Positions 61,706 to 64,000 of a DNA stretch of 64,000 nt are shown here, piece by piece (position 1 is the stretch's first letter; each line of letters begins with the position of its first letter). The notes beneath the pieces were generated by a model, which saw nothing but the letters and a program-made list of their open reading frames with translations, was not told the DNA's origin and did no database searches. A program made the translations under genes and the position numbers. Source of the stretch: Desulfobacterales bacterium (GTDB taxonomy: Bacteria > Desulfobacterota > Desulfobacteria > Desulfobacterales > JAHDSC01). The DNA lies in assembly GCA_040769985.1 (NCBI GenBank), contig JAXGJZ010000010.1:6472-70471 (forward strand), given 5' to 3'.

Positions 61706-62386
61706 TCAAGGTTTCACCCACCGACCGATCACAAAAGCTCCGGTACGCAGGCCTTTTTGTCGTCCTTCCGATTCAATCGCCATGGCCCGTTTCGGATCGT
61801 CATTTCTCTGAAAATGGATTGCGGTTTTTACAACTCCTTCTAAGGGAACGATATCGCTCAGTTCATCGGGAGATCGAAAGAAGGCTTCTCTGAATATCCG
61901 GCTTTGGCCCATTCCGGCTCTTTCCTTTCTTTGAACCGCCCAACTGCCGAGGCGGTTCAGGGTTGCAACCACCAGGCATCCGCCCGGTTTGGTCACTCGT
62001 AACAGCTCTTCGATCGCCCTGCCTGCATCCGTTATGAACTCGATGGCCGTGATGGAAACGGCCTTGTCAAAAACATCGTCTGCGAAAGGAAGGTTTGTGA
62101 TGTCTCCGATAACCGGGCGGAAAGGGTACATCTCGAACTTTCGCTTTGCCCTTTGCAGCATCGGGAGGGATATTTCCAGACCGACAACAGCCGCCTTTCG
62201 GGCAAGGATATCCAGGGTGAAAATACCCGTGCCGCAACCGGCATCCAGTATTCGATCCCCCGGCGCAGGTCTCAATAAATCCATGATCATGTTCGCTTCA
62301 TATGTCTTAACCAGTCGGCCGATCGGAGTTGTAAACCACTGATCGTACGTTTCCGGCAAGTCGTCAAAAAGATTTTTCCCGGTCAT
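61706..62386 (-). CDS. Class I SAM-dependent methyltransferase
   Basis: YDQWF, ILDAGCGTG, LPFADDVFD, RVTKPGG. Confidence 0.92.
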   Translation of the reverse strand: MTGKNLFDDLPETYDQWFTTPIGRLVKTYEANMIMDLLRPAPGDRILDAGCGTGIFTLDILARKAAVVGLEISLPMLQRAKRKFEMYPFRPVIGDITNLPFADDVFDKAVSITAIEFITDAGRAIEELLRVTKPGGCLVVATLNRLGSWAVQRKERAGMGQSRIFREAFFRSPDELSDIVPLEGVVKTAIHFQRNDDPKRAMAIESEGRQKGLRTGAFVIGRWVKP

Positions 62387-62566
62387 CGATTCATCCTTTG
62401 CCCGTGAATGGAACATCCACTCTTAAAAGTGAAAATAAATTTTACCGAACCGGAAAGTCGGCGAATTTTTTGAGCGCAAAATGCGTGAATTTTCCGCCCG
62501 ATCTTCGTTGAGAGACAATAGCGGATACGCCCTTTTTCAGAAATCCGTTGCCTGGAAAAACTCTGG

Positions 62567-62711
62567 CAGGGTGTTGAAAAACAAGAATCAGGCCGTCAGG
62601 CAAGGCGCGCGGCGATACGACAAGCGCAGCATATTCTCAAGCATATGTGAGCATTGGCGAGAGCCCCGCAACGCTGAATGGCGGCCTCAGGCGCAGTTTT
62701 TCAACACCCTG
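62567..62711 (+). mobile_element. MITE family A, full 145-bp copy
   Basis: 16-bp terminal inverted repeats CAGGGTGTTGAAAAAC / GTTTTTCAACACCCTG; flanks CTGG and TTAG. Confidence 0.9.
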
Positions 62712-64000
62712 TTAGGCTTTAAAGCGTGAATCGAGGATGAACACCTTCCCCCGATCCGTCTGGCTTCGGATGAGCCGGCCGATTCCCTGCTTCAACTTAA
62801 TGTCCTTTTCATATGAATACCGCCGCCAGTAGCGATCGGGGGACATCATCGCCTTTCTTGACATCTGGATCGGATCTTTCGGGGAAGGATAGGGGATTCT
62901 GGTAATGATCACCTGGGTTAATGTGTCGCCCCTGAAATCCACGCCGTACCAGAAAGTATCCACACCGAAAAGAACGCTTTCCTTAACGGTTCTGAACTCA
63001 TCACACAGATTGACGGTCGGGATTCCGGGCTGCTGGATCAGAAGCGGGTACGTGGCGTTGAGAATATCATCGGAAACCCTCTCCGCAACGTTCCTGAGAT
63101 CATCATAACTCGAAAACAAAACAAGGGTGCGACCTCTGTTCTTTTTAATCAGTTCGGGGATCTCCTTGGCAATCCGGTTTAACCAGGCCTTCTTGTTGTC
63201 ATATCTGCCGCTTACCGCATCTTCGGGAACAATGATTGTGACGGCGTCCGGTGAAAACGGCGAAGGAATGGACTTGAACTCGATTTTTTTTGAGAAAGAT
63301 TTCTCGCTGTCCGGAACCGAAAGCTGGTTTAATCCCACGATTTCCTGAAAGCAGTCGAAGCTGTTTTTGTGACAGAGCGTTGCCGCCGTGTAAATGACGC
63401 AGTCCTTGTCCTTATAAATATGTTTCCGTATAATTTCGTCCACTTCCACCGGTGCCGCGGTCAGGATAAAATGCTGTTTGGATGCCATGTAAAAGACCGC
63501 GCGATTGGATTGGCCGCTGCTTTCCTCAATGATTTTCAATGATTCGGAAAATTCGTTCAGCAGTCCGAGTTCCGCGCGCATCTTTCCCGCGGTCCGGGAG
63601 GTGATTTTGAGCGGCCTGCAGATGTCGTCTTCCAGTGTCGGCCGTAAGCAGTTGTCGATGCATCCGATTGCCTCCCGTATCTCCAGCAGGTGATGTTTCA
63701 GATCACCGTTCTTGAATTTGGGGTGATTCCAGGGGAGGAGGTTTCCTTCCATCCGTCTTAAACCCGGATTTATGAAAAAAAGGGCATCACGAAGTTCGGT
63801 GATGAATCGGCGCAAGGCTCCGCTTGCTTCCAGGCTTTTATGAAGATTTCGCTCCAAATCTGCGGCGGCTCGCCCGGCGATTTTCCTGACGGCGCTTTCC
63901 AGGTAGATGGCGGATCGGTCGATTTCCTTGGAATCCGCTTCGATTGTATACGCGTTTCTCGCCGCGTCTTCAAAATGGTTCCCTTCGTCTATAATGTAAT
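62712..64000 (-). CDS. DinG-family ATP-dependent helicase (partial; 5' end beyond the window)
   Basis: Frame open to the window end: IIDEGNHFE, TAATL, SPF, LVLFSSY, FWYGVDFRG, RIPY, QGIGRLIRSQTDRG, LDSR. Confidence 0.9.
   Translation of the reverse strand, partial: YIIDEGNHFEDAARNAYTIEADSKEIDRSAIYLESAVRKIAGRAAADLERNLHKSLEASGALRRFITELRDALFFINPGLRRMEGNLLPWNHPKFKNGDLKHHLLEIREAIGCIDNCLRPTLEDDICRPLKITSRTAGKMRAELGLLNEFSESLKIIEESSGQSNRAVFYMASKQHFILTAAPVEVDEIIRKHIYKDKDCVIYTAATLCHKNSFDCFQEIVGLNQLSVPDSEKSFSKKIEFKSIPSPFSPDAVTIIVPEDAVSGRYDNKKAWLNRIAKEIPELIKKNRGRTLVLFSSYDDLRNVAERVSDDILNATYPLLIQQPGIPTVNLCDEFRTVKESVLFGVDTFWYGVDFRGDTLTQVIITRIPYPSPKDPIQMSRKAMMSPDRYWRRYSYEKDIKLKQGIGRLIRSQTDRGKVFILDSRFKA

Noticed and set aside
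1-64000. CRISPR array, cas genes, rRNA, tRNA
   Set aside because: No regularly spaced repeat-spacer run or recognisable structural RNA seen; the repeats found are dispersed MITEs
62712-64000. DinG as a type IV CRISPR component
   Set aside because: No csf/cas genes or array visible in the window

Overview
Bacterial chromosome segment. Gene content (many sigma54 regulators, PAS kinases, HDOD/CheD proteins, DUF134/DUF5320, [FeFe]-hydrogenase, SMUG1) suggests an anaerobic Desulfobacterota-like organism; this is inference. In order: (1) a housekeeping block (VWA lipoprotein, mltF, ycgN, SMUG1, purB, flavin oxidoreductase, DnaJ-like); (2) a lexA-DUF72-imuB/dinB-like SOS cassette with a repeated candidate operator, cut off by IS scars and followed by an IS200 element; (3) a 3.4 kb decayed insert between the two halves of a split MITE; (4) a trimeric [FeFe]-hydrogenase whose beta subunit lacks the C-terminal ferredoxin domain; (5) a sigma54 two-component system upstream of an operon of a Cys-repeat protein, NuoE-, NuoF- and NuoG-N-like subunits and a stand-alone FMN-binding glutamate-synthase-like protein, which is the best candidate for an undescribed, possibly electron-bifurcating system; (6) a long signalling/chemosensory region; (7) csp/RRM, YitT, hydrolase, MATE, methyltransferase and a partial DinG-like helicase. 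Several frameshifts fall in homopolymers and may be long-read errors. No rRNA, tRNA or CRISPR array was seen. All calls are from motif recognition by eye; no searches were run.
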